From: Candidatus Latescibacterota bacterium
GTDB lineage: Bacteria; Latescibacterota; UBA2968
Assembly: GCA_965116885.1 (NCBI GenBank)
Contig: OZ220741.1
Coordinates: 2,208,001-2,272,000, forward strand
Reading direction: 5' to 3'
DNA length: 64,000 nt
Both the position numbers and the translations under genes were made by a program. Numbering within the stretch: position 1 is the first letter of the stretch; the number at the start of each line of letters is the position of its first letter. Of this stretch, positions 1 to 9,909 are shown piece by piece. Under the pieces are notes generated by a model that saw only the letters and a list, made by a program, of their open reading frames with translations, was not told the DNA's origin and did not search any database.

Positions 1-262
1 GCTGGTAGAAGGTCTCAATCGCATCGGGTGGCCCGTCAATAAGCCCAAGGCGTCGATGTTTGTTTGGGCGCCTATTCCAGAAAAGTATCGGTATCTCGGT
101 TCTATGAATTTTGCCCTCAAGCTCATGGAAGAGGCAGAAGTCGCGGTTTCTCCCGGTATTGGTTTTGGCGATATGGGCGAGGGATATGTACGCATTTCGT
201 TGGTCGAAAATGAACACCGAATCCGCCAGGCTGTTCGCAATGTCAAACGCGCGCTTTTTTAA
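1..262 (+). CDS. PLP-dependent class I/II aminotransferase, AlaC-like (C-terminal part, cut by window edge)
   Basis: Frame open from window start ([46 protein letters not shown]), typical AlaC/YfdZ C-terminus. Confidence 0.8.
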   Translation, partial: LVEGLNRIGWPVNKPKASMFVWAPIPEKYRYLGSMNFALKLMEEAEVAVSPGIGFGDMGEGYVRISLVENEHRIRQAVRNVKRALF

Positions 263-279
263 TAGAAAGGGGATCTCTT

Positions 280-1476
280 GTGACGATTAACGAAAATGCC
301 ATCTATCCCCCAAAAGGTTATAAGGCCGCCGGGCTTCATTGCGGTCTCAAAGAGGGGGATGACAAAGATCTCGCGCTTATTGTTTCAGATCGGGCGGCTT
401 CGGCAGCGGGGATGTTTACGACAAATCGCGTGTGTGCAGCACCCGTGCATCTCAATCGGGAACATCTGCAAAATGGACGGGCGCGAGCCGTTGTGGTCAA
501 TAGCAAAAATGCCAATGCGTGTACTGGAGATCAGGGCATGGCCGATGCGCGGCAGATGGCGCAATGGGTGGGTAGTGGGTTGGATGTTGTACCGGAAGAT
601 GCGCTGGTCAATTCGACGGGGGTCATTGGTGTACCTTTGCCGATGGGGTGCCTTGAAGCGGGTATCCGAAATATCATTCCGGAGCTCGATGTTGGAGGAT
701 GGGACGATGCCTCAGAGGCGATTATGACGACTGATACCGTGCCGAAGAAAGCATCTGTGCGATGTGATATAGATGGGTGCGAAATTACCATTTCGGGGAT
801 CGCTAAGGGCGCGGGTATGATTGCGCCAAATATGGCGACTATGCTCGCTTTTGTGCTCACAGATGCGGCCCTTTCCCCCGGGGTACTCCAGGATGCGCTT
901 TGTGAAGCTGTTACACAATCTTTTAATTGCATTACTGTTGACGGCGATATGAGTACTAATGATACGGTTTTGGCTCTGGCAAATGGCGCGGCGAGGAAGA
1001 GCGAACTCGCAGGCGAAGACCTCTGTACCTTCCAGGACGCGCTTAATGCAGTTTGCATTAGTCTGGCCAAACAAATTGCACGCGATGGCGAGGGGGCGAC
1101 CAAACTCATCACTGTGCGCGTTGAGGGTGCCGCTACCGCGGCTGATGCACGCACGGTGGGGCTGTCTGTCGCCAACTCAAATCTGGTCAAGACCGCTGTT
1201 TTTGGGCGCGATCCCAACTGGGGTCGAATTTTGTGTGCAGCGGGTTATGCCGGCGTGGCGGTGGATCCCGACCGCACAGCCGTTTCAATGGCTGGTATCC
1301 CTATTTATGATAATGGCGGTGGTCTTCCTTTTGACCAGGATCGCGCTATCGAAGCTCTGGATGCTTCCGATATAGATATTGACATCAATCTGAACATCGG
1401 CGAGGCATCGGCTACTATTTATACGTGTGATTTGACTTATGACTACGTTCGCATAAATGCCGAATACACGACATAA
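280..1476 (+). CDS. argJ: Bifunctional ornithine acetyltransferase / N-acetylglutamate synthase
   Basis: KGAGMIAPNMATML autocleavage motif, DGDMSTND, RDGEGATK, DPNWGRI, C-terminal YVRINAEYTT. Confidence 0.97.
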   Translation: MTINENAIYPPKGYKAAGLHCGLKEGDDKDLALIVSDRAASAAGMFTTNRVCAAPVHLNREHLQNGRARAVVVNSKNANACTGDQGMADARQMAQWVGSGLDVVPEDALVNSTGVIGVPLPMGCLEAGIRNIIPELDVGGWDDASEAIMTTDTVPKKASVRCDIDGCEITISGIAKGAGMIAPNMATMLAFVLTDAALSPGVLQDALCEAVTQSFNCITVDGDMSTNDTVLALANGAARKSELAGEDLCTFQDALNAVCISLAKQIARDGEGATKLITVRVEGAATAADARTVGLSVANSNLVKTAVFGRDPNWGRILCAAGYAGVAVDPDRTAVSMAGIPIYDNGGGLPFDQDRAIEALDASDIDIDINLNIGEASATIYTCDLTYDYVRINAEYTT

Positions 1477-1483
1477 TATTCAC

Positions 1484-2689
1484 ATGCCCAAATCTCCTTT
1501 TACACAGCGGGTTCTCAATATTCAGGCATCTGCGACTGTATCGGCTTTTGCCAGGGCAGGAGAACTGAGACGGCAGGGTGTAGATCTCATTTCTCTCGTT
1601 GCAGGGGAACCCGATTTTGAGACGCCTGAACATATAAGAGATGCTGCGATTCGCGCGATTAATGCGGGCCATACGCGATATACGAATCCCGCGTCGGGTA
1701 TTCCCGAACTCAAAGACGCGATATGTGATAAATTTGAGCGCGACAATAATTTGTATTATGACCCCTCACAAATTATCGTGACGTGTGGGGCAAAACAAAC
1801 CATCTTTGACGCCATTATTGTTTTAATAGAGGAGGGGGACGAAGCCATTATTCCCGCTCCTTATTGGACGAGCTATGCTGATCAGGTGCGCTTAATGGGT
1901 GGCAATCCGATCATTGTGCCGACCACACAAGATTCGGATTTTTGCATGACGGCGCGACAGCTTCAGGATGCTATTACTCCACGAACAAAATTTGTGCTCT
2001 TAAATAGTCCCTGCAATCCGACGGGAACTGTTTATACCCGCGAGAACCTGAATGCACTGGCCGATGTGATTGCGGGTGCTAATATTTATGTGATTGCCGA
2101 TGAAATCTACGAAAAGCTCCTCTACGAAGATGCCGAGCATGTGTCTATCGCCGCTTTGTTGCCCGAGTTGGCAGACAAAACACTGACGGTTAATGGCGTC
2201 TCAAAATCCTATGCAATGACCGGATGGCGCGTGGGGTATGGCGCGGGTCCCCAGAATTTGATTGATCTTATGATTAAAGTCCAGACTCAGGAGACCACAA
2301 ATACGTGCTCGATTTCCCAATACGCCGCACTCGAAGCCCTTACAGGACCTCAAGATTGTGTCGAAGCGATGCGACGAGCTTATGTTAAACGACGCAATCA
2401 AATCGTTTCTCGCCTCAATCGGATGCCGGGTGTGTCTTGCAATATGCCCCGGGGCGCGTTTTATGTTTTTCCCGATATCTCTGAATATATTGGCAAGCCG
2501 TCATCTTGCGGGCATATTGATAGCGATGTTGCGCTTTGCAATTTTTTGCTTGAAGAAGCGCGTGTCGCCTGCGTTCCCGGTACGGGTTTTGGAGCACCGG
2601 GGTATCTGCGGTTTTCCTATGCCGCTTCACCCGAGCAAATCGCCCGGGGCATGGATCGGATTGAAGCGGCGTTGACCGCACTTTTATAA
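1484..2689 (+). CDS. Aspartate aminotransferase family PLP enzyme
   Basis: GEPDF, NSPCNPTG, DEIY, NGVSKSYAMTGWRVG; likely start ATG 1484 after the argJ stop. Confidence 0.92.
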   Translation: MPKSPFTQRVLNIQASATVSAFARAGELRRQGVDLISLVAGEPDFETPEHIRDAAIRAINAGHTRYTNPASGIPELKDAICDKFERDNNLYYDPSQIIVTCGAKQTIFDAIIVLIEEGDEAIIPAPYWTSYADQVRLMGGNPIIVPTTQDSDFCMTARQLQDAITPRTKFVLLNSPCNPTGTVYTRENLNALADVIAGANIYVIADEIYEKLLYEDAEHVSIAALLPELADKTLTVNGVSKSYAMTGWRVGYGAGPQNLIDLMIKVQTQETTNTCSISQYAALEALTGPQDCVEAMRRAYVKRRNQIVSRLNRMPGVSCNMPRGAFYVFPDISEYIGKPSSCGHIDSDVALCNFLLEEARVACVPGTGFGAPGYLRFSYAASPEQIARGMDRIEAALTALL

Positions 2690-2702
2690 AGGACGATCAT
2701 TT

Positions 2703-3671
2703 ATGAGCGACCGATCTTATCTCGACTTTGAACAGCCACTGGCCGAGTTGGAGGAGAAAATCGCCGCGCTTCAGGAACGGGCCAAAGCGGAGGGTCTGGA
2801 TGTGACTGACGCAATTGACGTTCTCGAGAAACGTCGCGAGAAACTCGAACGCGATATTTTTCGCAATCTCACGCGGTGGCAAAAATATCAGCTATCACGC
2901 CACCCTCAGCGACCTTATTCGCTGGATTATATCGACCGTATAACTTCTGATTTTATCGAGTTGCACGGCGACCGCTGTAGTGGGAATGATCAGGCGATTG
3001 TCGGGGGGTTGGCGTATTTTGAAGGCCAACCCATCGTCGTTATCGGACAACAAAAGGGGCGCAATACAAGCGAGAATCTCAAGCGCAATTTTGGCCTTCC
3101 ACATCCGGAAGGATATCGCAAAGCCCTGAGGTTGATGCAGTTGGCTGCCAAATTTGGTCGTCCCGTGCTTTGTATGGTCGATACGCCGGGTGCGTTTCCA
3201 GGGCTGGCCTCGGAACAGCGAAGTATATCAGAAGCCATTGCTCGCAACCTTTTAGAGATGGCGCGGCTACCCGTTCCTATTGTCGTTGCAATTATCGGTG
3301 AAGGCGCGAGCGGAGGGGCACTGGGTATTGGGGTGGGTGACCAAATCCTCATGCTCGAAAATGCCTGGTATTCAGTGATCAATCCCGAATCCTGTTCGCT
3401 CATTCTCTGGCGCAACCGGGACAAGCGCACGGAAGCTGCAGAAGCTATGAAGATCGCGGCAGAAGATCTTCTGGACCTCGGTGTTATTGACTGCATTGTG
3501 CCAGAGCCTTATGGGGGGGCACATCGCGATTTTGATCTGGCAGCACAAAATCTGAAAAAAGCCGTTTCAGATGCGCTTGTAGAGATTGTTAAAATACCCG
3601 TTGAAAATCTTTCAAAATTACGGGTTGAAAAATTCAATCGGATGGGGATTTGGGAAGAATCTCATAGATAG
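2703..3671 (+). CDS. accA: Acetyl-CoA carboxylase carboxyltransferase alpha subunit
   Basis: YLDFEQP, RHPQRPYSLDYI, PEGYRKALRLM, GEGASGGALG. Confidence 0.97.
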   Translation: MSDRSYLDFEQPLAELEEKIAALQERAKAEGLDVTDAIDVLEKRREKLERDIFRNLTRWQKYQLSRHPQRPYSLDYIDRITSDFIELHGDRCSGNDQAIVGGLAYFEGQPIVVIGQQKGRNTSENLKRNFGLPHPEGYRKALRLMQLAAKFGRPVLCMVDTPGAFPGLASEQRSISEAIARNLLEMARLPVPIVVAIIGEGASGGALGIGVGDQILMLENAWYSVINPESCSLILWRNRDKRTEAAEAMKIAAEDLLDLGVIDCIVPEPYGGAHRDFDLAAQNLKKAVSDALVEIVKIPVENLSKLRVEKFNRMGIWEESHR

Positions 3672-3804
3672 CGAGATATTACATCCGGCCTGAAATTCAT
3701 GTCGGAAAATCTTGCAAAATTTTTTTTCTATAGCGATGTTCTTAAGTTTCAAGACCTTATTTCAATCGCGCAAAAAAAACCGACATTAAAGGGCAATTTA
3801 GTAG

Positions 3805-3833
3805 TTGACGCGCGGACTTTGACTGTATATATT
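3805..3833 (+). promoter_or_regulatory. Sigma70-type promoter
   Basis: TTGACG-N17-TATATT in AT-rich intergenic DNA. Confidence 0.55.
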
Positions 3834-4100
3834 CTATTTGTGATTCGAAAGGATTTTTTTTGTATCTTCATATTTTTAATATGGTTATGGATATTTCTAT
3901 TTTGGTGGATGGGGGTTGTTCTAATCTTTAAGCCCTGAATTGGTCCAGGAAAAATTTGGGTTGGACTTTAACGGTCAAACTATGGTATTACCGGGGGAGA
4001 TAATACTATGGTACTGGCCGACAATATGAAGAAACCACATCCCTATTTTGGTGCACTCCAATTAGTGGAGGCTGATGGAAAAGATACCTTCATCCACCTG

Positions 4101-4138
4101 AACAAAAAAGCGGTCCTATCTGGATCGCTTTTTTTGTT
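4101..4138. terminator. Bidirectional intrinsic terminator overlapping the comEC stop
   Basis: A-run AAAAAAGCGGTCC, loop, GGATCGCTTTTTTT T-run. Confidence 0.75.
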
Positions 4139-6506
4139 TTTGTTCAGTTTTGAGCCACGGTACGATATCGATGTGTCCGCGATCTATTCTCATTGCGATT
4201 GCACCCGAATGATCGGTTCTCCAAATTTGTATCCCCATATCGCGAAAGCGTTGTAAAACTTCTGGCGAAGGATGCCGGAACTTATTGTTTATTCCGCAAG
4301 ATATGGCTACAACGCTGGGATTGACACCCGCGAGAAACTCGGGTGTTGAGGATGTGCGCGAGCCGTGGTGCGCAGCTTTGAGGATGTCTGACCGGAGGCG
4401 ATGATTCCAGAGCAGCAGATCGCTATCTGTCTCGTGTTCTATATCTCCAGTCAATAATATCGCTGTTTCCCGATAGACGATTCGAACGACGACAGAACCA
4501 TTGTTTGCGCCATCGGGCGCCGGTCCCGAGTCGGAGACATAAGCCGATGTCGGATGTAGTACCAGACCGCCAATCCCCACCAGGCTATCTCCCGCAGCCA
4601 CAGCCTGATATCTGATGCCTTTTGTCTTTACGACCTCTTGAAGTCGTTTGCCCGTAAAAGAATCGACGTGCTGTCCCGCATCGAGATAATGACCTACCGA
4701 TATCTGTTCCAAAACGGAAATCAGGCCACCGATATGATCGGCATGCGGGTGAGATCCCACCACGACATCTATATGATCAATATTCTGACTTTTGAGAAAT
4801 GGCAGAATTACGCGCTCTCCCATGTCGGTGTATTGCGTGCGAATACCACCATCGACCAGAAGTGTTCGCCCATTCGGATATTTGAGAAAAATAGCATCGC
4901 CCTGGCCGACATCGAGGAAATAGATTTCAAGGGCGGACTCTGTTTGCCAGATATTTTTCCAGATTCCGATATTTGCCAGAACAAGGGCGATTATGAGACA
5001 ATAGGTACCCCAAAGCCGTCTGACGGTGGGGTGAATCAGAGGAATCAGGACCAGATAAATAGCAAAGATAACCCAGGAGGGACGCGCAACTTCAAAGGCG
5101 GACCACTCTGGCTCGGCCATAAATTCTGTACATTTGATTGCCGTGCTCAGAATGAGCCAATTCGCGGCGTTTAATATCGTCGCTATGGGTTCCCAACAGG
5201 CGAAGGCCAATACAGTCAGGAGTCCCAGTGCAACGCCAACACCTATGAGTGGTACGACAATTAAATTTGCAATTAAGCCAATAACCGATACCAGTCCAAA
5301 ATATGCCACAATAAAGGGTAGGGTTGTTGCCTGAGCAGCGAGAGAAACAGCCAGAGGTCCTGCGATACAGGTATCGTACCATCCCTTTTTTTGGGGTAAC
5401 AGAGCGCGCAGTGGTCGATAAAAAATTAAAATGCCACCCGTGGCTACAAATGACAGTTGAAAACCCACATCGAACAGGTCCTGTGGTCGAGCGATCAACA
5501 GTCCCAAACCCGCTATGCCCAGGATGTTTCCTCCGTCTATATCGCGCTGTCCCACCATGCCCAAAAGTGCCACACATCCCATTGTGGAAGCGCGCACAAC
5601 CGAGGGGGGCAATCCGGTTATCAGCGCGTAAAATACCAGCGCGAAGATCGTCAATGCGGCAGTGATACCTCGCCCGATTCCCAGTATCTTTAGCGAGAAA
5701 AATACAGCTCCAGCAATCAATCCCACATGGAGTCCAGATACCGCTAAGACGTGGTTGACGCCGGTTTGCGTAAATGCGGTTTTGACTTCTTTGGGCACCG
5801 CCTGCTTTGCGCCTAAAAGCACCCCTTTTAAGAGGCCAGCAGGTCCGCCGGAAAGATTCTGCTCAATTGCCTGGCGAATGAGATTTCTGACGGGTAATAC
5901 GATCTGCGCCCACCAGTCGTCTTTTTCCCGTCGCTGTGCAATAATCTGAGAAGGCTTATGCACCGTTCCCAAAGCATCAATACCCCTTCGTTTCAGAAAA
6001 TCCCGGTAATCAAATGCACCCGGATTTCGCGGGGGACCCGGTTGATAAAGCTGCATCTGCAGTTGCATGCGATCCCCGTAAGTGGGCAATGCAGTACCCG
6101 CCTTAAACCTGATCAGCGCCCTGCCGCTTACAGCGCGTACCGTGTCTTTGAAGACGATTTGAAGTACGTTAAACACGGTGCGATAATCGCCATCGATGCG
6201 TTCTGGGTCCGACGATACCAATCCTTCGACTTCGGCAAGTGTGCGGTCTGCAGGTAAGAACAGGACAAAGTGATCTACAGCGCGTTCCAGGCTCTGCGCG
6301 CTTCTCAATGCACCCAGCAAAATGAGAAGGCCCGCAAAAAAGATGCTCATCTTTCCCTTATTCCAGTGTCTCCACAGCCCCACGCCACAAATACAAATAA
6401 GGGTAAAGGCGCAGAGTATGGTGGGTGCCGGAAATACCCCAATATACCTGTGTAAACCGATTCCCAAAGCGAAGTACAGCGCAGTCCACAATGCGGGTCG
6501 TCTCAT
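4116..6506 (-). CDS. comEC: DNA internalization competence protein ComEC/Rec2
   Basis: HVLAVSGLHVG competence domain, GFQLSF, metallo-beta-lactamase domain (LDVGQGD, SHPHADHIGG, HHGS); start 6506 follows AAGGA (alternative 6551). Confidence 0.95.
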   Translation of the reverse strand: MRRPALWTALYFALGIGLHRYIGVFPAPTILCAFTLICICGVGLWRHWNKGKMSIFFAGLLILLGALRSAQSLERAVDHFVLFLPADRTLAEVEGLVSSDPERIDGDYRTVFNVLQIVFKDTVRAVSGRALIRFKAGTALPTYGDRMQLQMQLYQPGPPRNPGAFDYRDFLKRRGIDALGTVHKPSQIIAQRREKDDWWAQIVLPVRNLIRQAIEQNLSGGPAGLLKGVLLGAKQAVPKEVKTAFTQTGVNHVLAVSGLHVGLIAGAVFFSLKILGIGRGITAALTIFALVFYALITGLPPSVVRASTMGCVALLGMVGQRDIDGGNILGIAGLGLLIARPQDLFDVGFQLSFVATGGILIFYRPLRALLPQKKGWYDTCIAGPLAVSLAAQATTLPFIVAYFGLVSVIGLIANLIVVPLIGVGVALGLLTVLAFACWEPIATILNAANWLILSTAIKCTEFMAEPEWSAFEVARPSWVIFAIYLVLIPLIHPTVRRLWGTYCLIIALVLANIGIWKNIWQTESALEIYFLDVGQGDAIFLKYPNGRTLLVDGGIRTQYTDMGERVILPFLKSQNIDHIDVVVGSHPHADHIGGLISVLEQISVGHYLDAGQHVDSFTGKRLQEVVKTKGIRYQAVAAGDSLVGIGGLVLHPTSAYVSDSGPAPDGANNGSVVVRIVYRETAILLTGDIEHETDSDLLLWNHRLRSDILKAAHHGSRTSSTPEFLAGVNPSVVAISCGINNKFRHPSPEVLQRFRDMGIQIWRTDHSGAIAMRIDRGHIDIVPWLKTEQKQKKRSR

Positions 6507-6630
6507 GTTGTTTCCTTTTTTGATCCCGTATTGTGGCAATTTTCGTGCCATCTCTCATGGCGTGCTCATCTTCGCTATTTGAGGAAAAAACTGTTCACAT
6601 GATGAAAAAAAATGTTCCCCCTTTTCGTCA

Positions 6631-6659
6631 TTGACTTTCCCCATGTGAGATGGTATATT
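6631..6659 (+). promoter_or_regulatory. Sigma70 promoter for the truA operon
   Basis: TTGACT-N17-TATATT with extended TG. Confidence 0.65.
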
Positions 6660-6727
6660 TCCAAAACTGTATGCTTTAGTGGAAGTTAGGATCGTTACTC
6701 TCTTTGCATTTGGTGCGGGCCGTTATC

Positions 6728-7468
6728 ATGCAGATTCGCCTGACGCTCGAATACGATGGGACCGACTTTAAGGGCTGGCAAATTCAGCCTGACCAACGCA
6801 CGGTCCAGGGCGAGCTTCAGGCACGCCTTGAGCAACTCTATGGCGCACCGGTCCCGGTTATGGCGTCTGGTCGTACAGATGCAGGCGTTCACGCACTCGG
6901 GCAGGTCGTCAACTTTACGCCTACACGCGATATTCCGCTCGATCGCTTGCAGCACGCGCTCAATGGCATGTTGCCGCCCGATGTTGCGGTCAAAAGTGCC
7001 GATTATGTCGGCTCTGACTTTCACGCGCGTTTCGATGCCCAACGCCGTCATTATTTTTATTGTATCCGGCATAACAAACAGCCTATTGGTCGGCATTATG
7101 CGTGGTATATGCGCGGCGAACTCGATCTCAATGCAATAAAACGGGCGAGCAAAATTCTCATTGGACAACACGACTTTACGTCTTTTTGTGTGGCGGCCAA
7201 TGAAAAAGAAAATCGAGTCTGTCAGGTCTATACATGCGATTGGCAACGGCAGGGCGACGAACTCATATTTTATATTTCCGGTAACCGCTTTTTACGCGCA
7301 ATGGTGCGCAGTATCGTTGGCACCCTCGTAGAAATGGGTCGAGGGGCGCGACCAGCCGAATCTATGCGCGATATTCTCGGTGCTCGCAACCGCCAAAGTG
7401 CCGGAGAATCCGCTCCTGCCCAGGGTTTGTTTCTCGAAAGGGTGATTTACGACGGTGAACTCCCGTGA
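6728..7468 (+). CDS. truA: tRNA pseudouridine(38-40) synthase
   Basis: EYDGTDFKGWQIQ, SGRTDAGVHA, FHARFDA, NRFLRAMVR. Confidence 0.97.
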   Translation: MQIRLTLEYDGTDFKGWQIQPDQRTVQGELQARLEQLYGAPVPVMASGRTDAGVHALGQVVNFTPTRDIPLDRLQHALNGMLPPDVAVKSADYVGSDFHARFDAQRRHYFYCIRHNKQPIGRHYAWYMRGELDLNAIKRASKILIGQHDFTSFCVAANEKENRVCQVYTCDWQRQGDELIFYISGNRFLRAMVRSIVGTLVEMGRGARPAESMRDILGARNRQSAGESAPAQGLFLERVIYDGELP

Positions 7469-8586
7469 GGATGAGTGCCGTGAAGCACCCCCTGCTGATT
7501 TTGCTATTGGGCTTGTGTATTGGCCTGGCGCTATTTCCCCTGCTCAATCGGTCTTCGTCCAACACGAGCGCGGTAAGTACAAGTATTGAGACGTCGCGCC
7601 GAAATGCCATTGTTCGTGCTGTTGAAAATGTGGCGCCAGCAGTCGTTAGCATCAATACGGTTTACGATCGGGATTATCCCCGATATCACGATCCCTTTTT
7701 TGAACCCTTTGAACCTTTTTCCAACAGACAGCGCATTCCTGGAATCGGCTCGGGGTTCGTGATACAGACCGATGGTTATATTCTGACCAGCAGCCATGTT
7801 GTCGATGGTGCTCGGGAAATTTTTGTCATCTTTCCCGATGGTCGTCGGTTTGATGTCCTCGATATTTTTATAGATCGTCAATGGGATCTTGCCGTTGTAC
7901 AGATTGATGCCGATAGTCTCTATGTTCCCGAGATTGGGACATCTGAAGGCGTTATTATCGGCGAATGGGCAATCGCGCTTGGAAACCCTTTTGGCTTGCA
8001 CTTTGAAGATCTCAATCCCACCGTTACGGTTGGTGTTATTAGTGCAGTAGATCGCATTGTTCGCCCAGAGCAAAACGAACGTGCCTACAAAGGCATGATT
8101 CAAACGGACGCTTCAATTAACCCCGGCAACAGCGGCGGTCCTCTGGTGAATAGCCTCGGCCGGGTTATTGGCATTAATTCGTTTATTTTTTCGCAGGGTG
8201 GATCGCTGGGCATCGGTTTTGCTGTGCCCATTGATCGCGCAATCCAGGTGGCTTGCCAACTCATTGACCAGGGTAGCCGCGAGTTCTGGACTGGGCTGGA
8301 TATTCACAACCTCAACCCGCATATTGCTCGCACCCTTGGGGTTGAGACAATTAAAGGTGCTTTGATCACTGTCGTCGATCCCCTCAGCCCAGGTGAAAGT
8401 GCCGGGTTGTTGCTCGGTGATGTGATTGTGATGGTCAATGATACAAATACCAGTAGTGCTGATGATGTCGTAGATGCTTTTCGGTACGCGGCTGTTGGCG
8501 ATACATTTAATCTCAAAATTTTGCGTGGTCGAGGCCACGTATTTGATACCCAACTCGTCTTAGAAGCCGACCCGCGCAACGAGTAA
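7465..8586 (+). CDS. HtrA/DegS-like trypsin serine protease with one PDZ domain
   Basis: N-terminal TM, GSGFVI, TSSHVV, IQTDASINPGNSGGPL, C-terminal PDZ. Confidence 0.93.
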   Translation: MRMSAVKHPLLILLLGLCIGLALFPLLNRSSSNTSAVSTSIETSRRNAIVRAVENVAPAVVSINTVYDRDYPRYHDPFFEPFEPFSNRQRIPGIGSGFVIQTDGYILTSSHVVDGAREIFVIFPDGRRFDVLDIFIDRQWDLAVVQIDADSLYVPEIGTSEGVIIGEWAIALGNPFGLHFEDLNPTVTVGVISAVDRIVRPEQNERAYKGMIQTDASINPGNSGGPLVNSLGRVIGINSFIFSQGGSLGIGFAVPIDRAIQVACQLIDQGSREFWTGLDIHNLNPHIARTLGVETIKGALITVVDPLSPGESAGLLLGDVIVMVNDTNTSSADDVVDAFRYAAVGDTFNLKILRGRGHVFDTQLVLEADPRNE

Positions 8587-8607
8587 TCCCCGATTGGAGC
8601 CTTGTCA

Positions 8608-9333
8608 ATGAATGCCAAAGCAGCCCTGCCCAGCCTGTTTACCATTAGCAGTTTGTTTTGTGGTTTTTTATCTATGTACTATGCTGTGGATGGGCGTTTT
8701 ATCGGTGCAGCACTTCTCATCGTTATTGCGGGGTTTCTCGATGCGTGCGACGGGAAAATTGCGCGATACTTCCATACGTCCAGCAACTTTGGTGTCCAAT
8801 TTGATTCCATTGTCGATGTCTGCTCTTTTGGCGTGGCCCCGGCTTTGCTCATGTTGTACTATCTCGATACCTTGCTGGTCATTATCTGGTTGCCTTTTGT
8901 TGTTTGTTTTTTATTTCTGCTTTGCGGTGCGCTGAGGTTGGCGCGTTTCAATACGCAATTAAAGGGATTTGACAAAGAAAATTTTTCTGGTCTCCCGATT
9001 CCAACGGCAGCGGGTACCCTGGCCGCATATATTCTTTTTTCAGAACATGTGTGGCAGAGCAGCACCCACGCGCCTCATTTTGCTATTGCCTTGTGTGTTA
9101 TGCTCTCATTTCTCATGATCAGCACAATTGAATACAGTGCGTTTCCGAGGTTATCCATAGAAACCAGACGCGGTCGCATACGCTTGATTTTTCTACTATG
9201 TATTATTGTGCTTATGTTTTTTTATACTTATGAAGTATTCTTTCCCGTGGCTCTCGCCATTTCCCTATCTGGTCTGTTCAGATGGTTGTATTATACCATC
9301 ACAGATCGTGAAGTGGCAGATGTACGGGACTAA
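8608..9333 (+). CDS. pssA: CDP-diacylglycerol--serine O-phosphatidyltransferase
   Basis: DACDGKIAR..FGVQFDSIVD..FGVAPA, ALRLARFN, FSGLPIP. Confidence 0.92.
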   Translation: MNAKAALPSLFTISSLFCGFLSMYYAVDGRFIGAALLIVIAGFLDACDGKIARYFHTSSNFGVQFDSIVDVCSFGVAPALLMLYYLDTLLVIIWLPFVVCFLFLLCGALRLARFNTQLKGFDKENFSGLPIPTAAGTLAAYILFSEHVWQSSTHAPHFAIALCVMLSFLMISTIEYSAFPRLSIETRRGRIRLIFLLCIIVLMFFYTYEVFFPVALAISLSGLFRWLYYTITDREVADVRD

Positions 9334-9361
9334 AAATTCACTTTTTTTGTAAAGCGTGGTT

Positions 9362-9640
9362 ATGGGGCGAAGAAGTCTGGGAATTCTCATTGTTGCGATT
9401 TTTGTCGGCATTCTTGCTGGCAACGTGGTTGGTCAGGTTCTGGCTGTTGTTTTTGACAGTCTTGGCCTGGAAAATAATGTAGCGCAAAAAGTACTTGTTG
9501 AATCTTATGTCTATAAGCTCAATCCCATTGAGATCAACTTGATCATTATGACCTTTACATTGGGTTTTTCAATCGACTTCAATGTGTTGAGCTTTCTCGG
9601 TATTGGGGTAGCCTGGTACTACGTTAAGTATTCCTATTGA
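9362..9640 (+). CDS. Small membrane protein (DUF4321-like)
   Basis: Two hydrophobic segments, operonic position. Confidence 0.65.
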   Translation: MGRRSLGILIVAIFVGILAGNVVGQVLAVVFDSLGLENNVAQKVLVESYVYKLNPIEINLIIMTFTLGFSIDFNVLSFLGIGVAWYYVKYSY

Positions 9641-9660
9641 GTTATTTCAGGAGGTGTGAC

Positions 9661-9897
9661 ATGTTCGGCATGGGACCGTGGGAAATCGTATTGATTTTGG
9701 TCGTTGTCCTGCTGGTGTTTGGTGCAAAACGCATTCCCGAAATTGCCCAGTCTCTCGGCAAGGGCATTACCGAATTTAAGCGCGGCGTAAAGGACGTTCA
9801 GACGGAAATAGAAAATAACGTCAATACTGCTCCGCCTCCCGAACCACAACCCACACAGACCACACAGACCACATCGGGTACAGAAACAAAATCGTAA
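9661..9897 (+). CDS. tatA: Twin-arginine translocase TatA/TatE subunit
   Basis: MFGMGPWEIVLILVVVLLVFGAKRIPEIAQSLGKGITEFK; RBS AGGAGGT. Confidence 0.95.
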   Translation: MFGMGPWEIVLILVVVLLVFGAKRIPEIAQSLGKGITEFKRGVKDVQTEIENNVNTAPPPEPQPTQTTQTTSGTETKS

Positions 9898-9909
9898 TCT
9901 GGAGGCAGG

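Noticed and set aside
3699..3938. 79-aa hydrophobic ORF
   Set aside because: Explained by T-rich promoter DNA; no RBS
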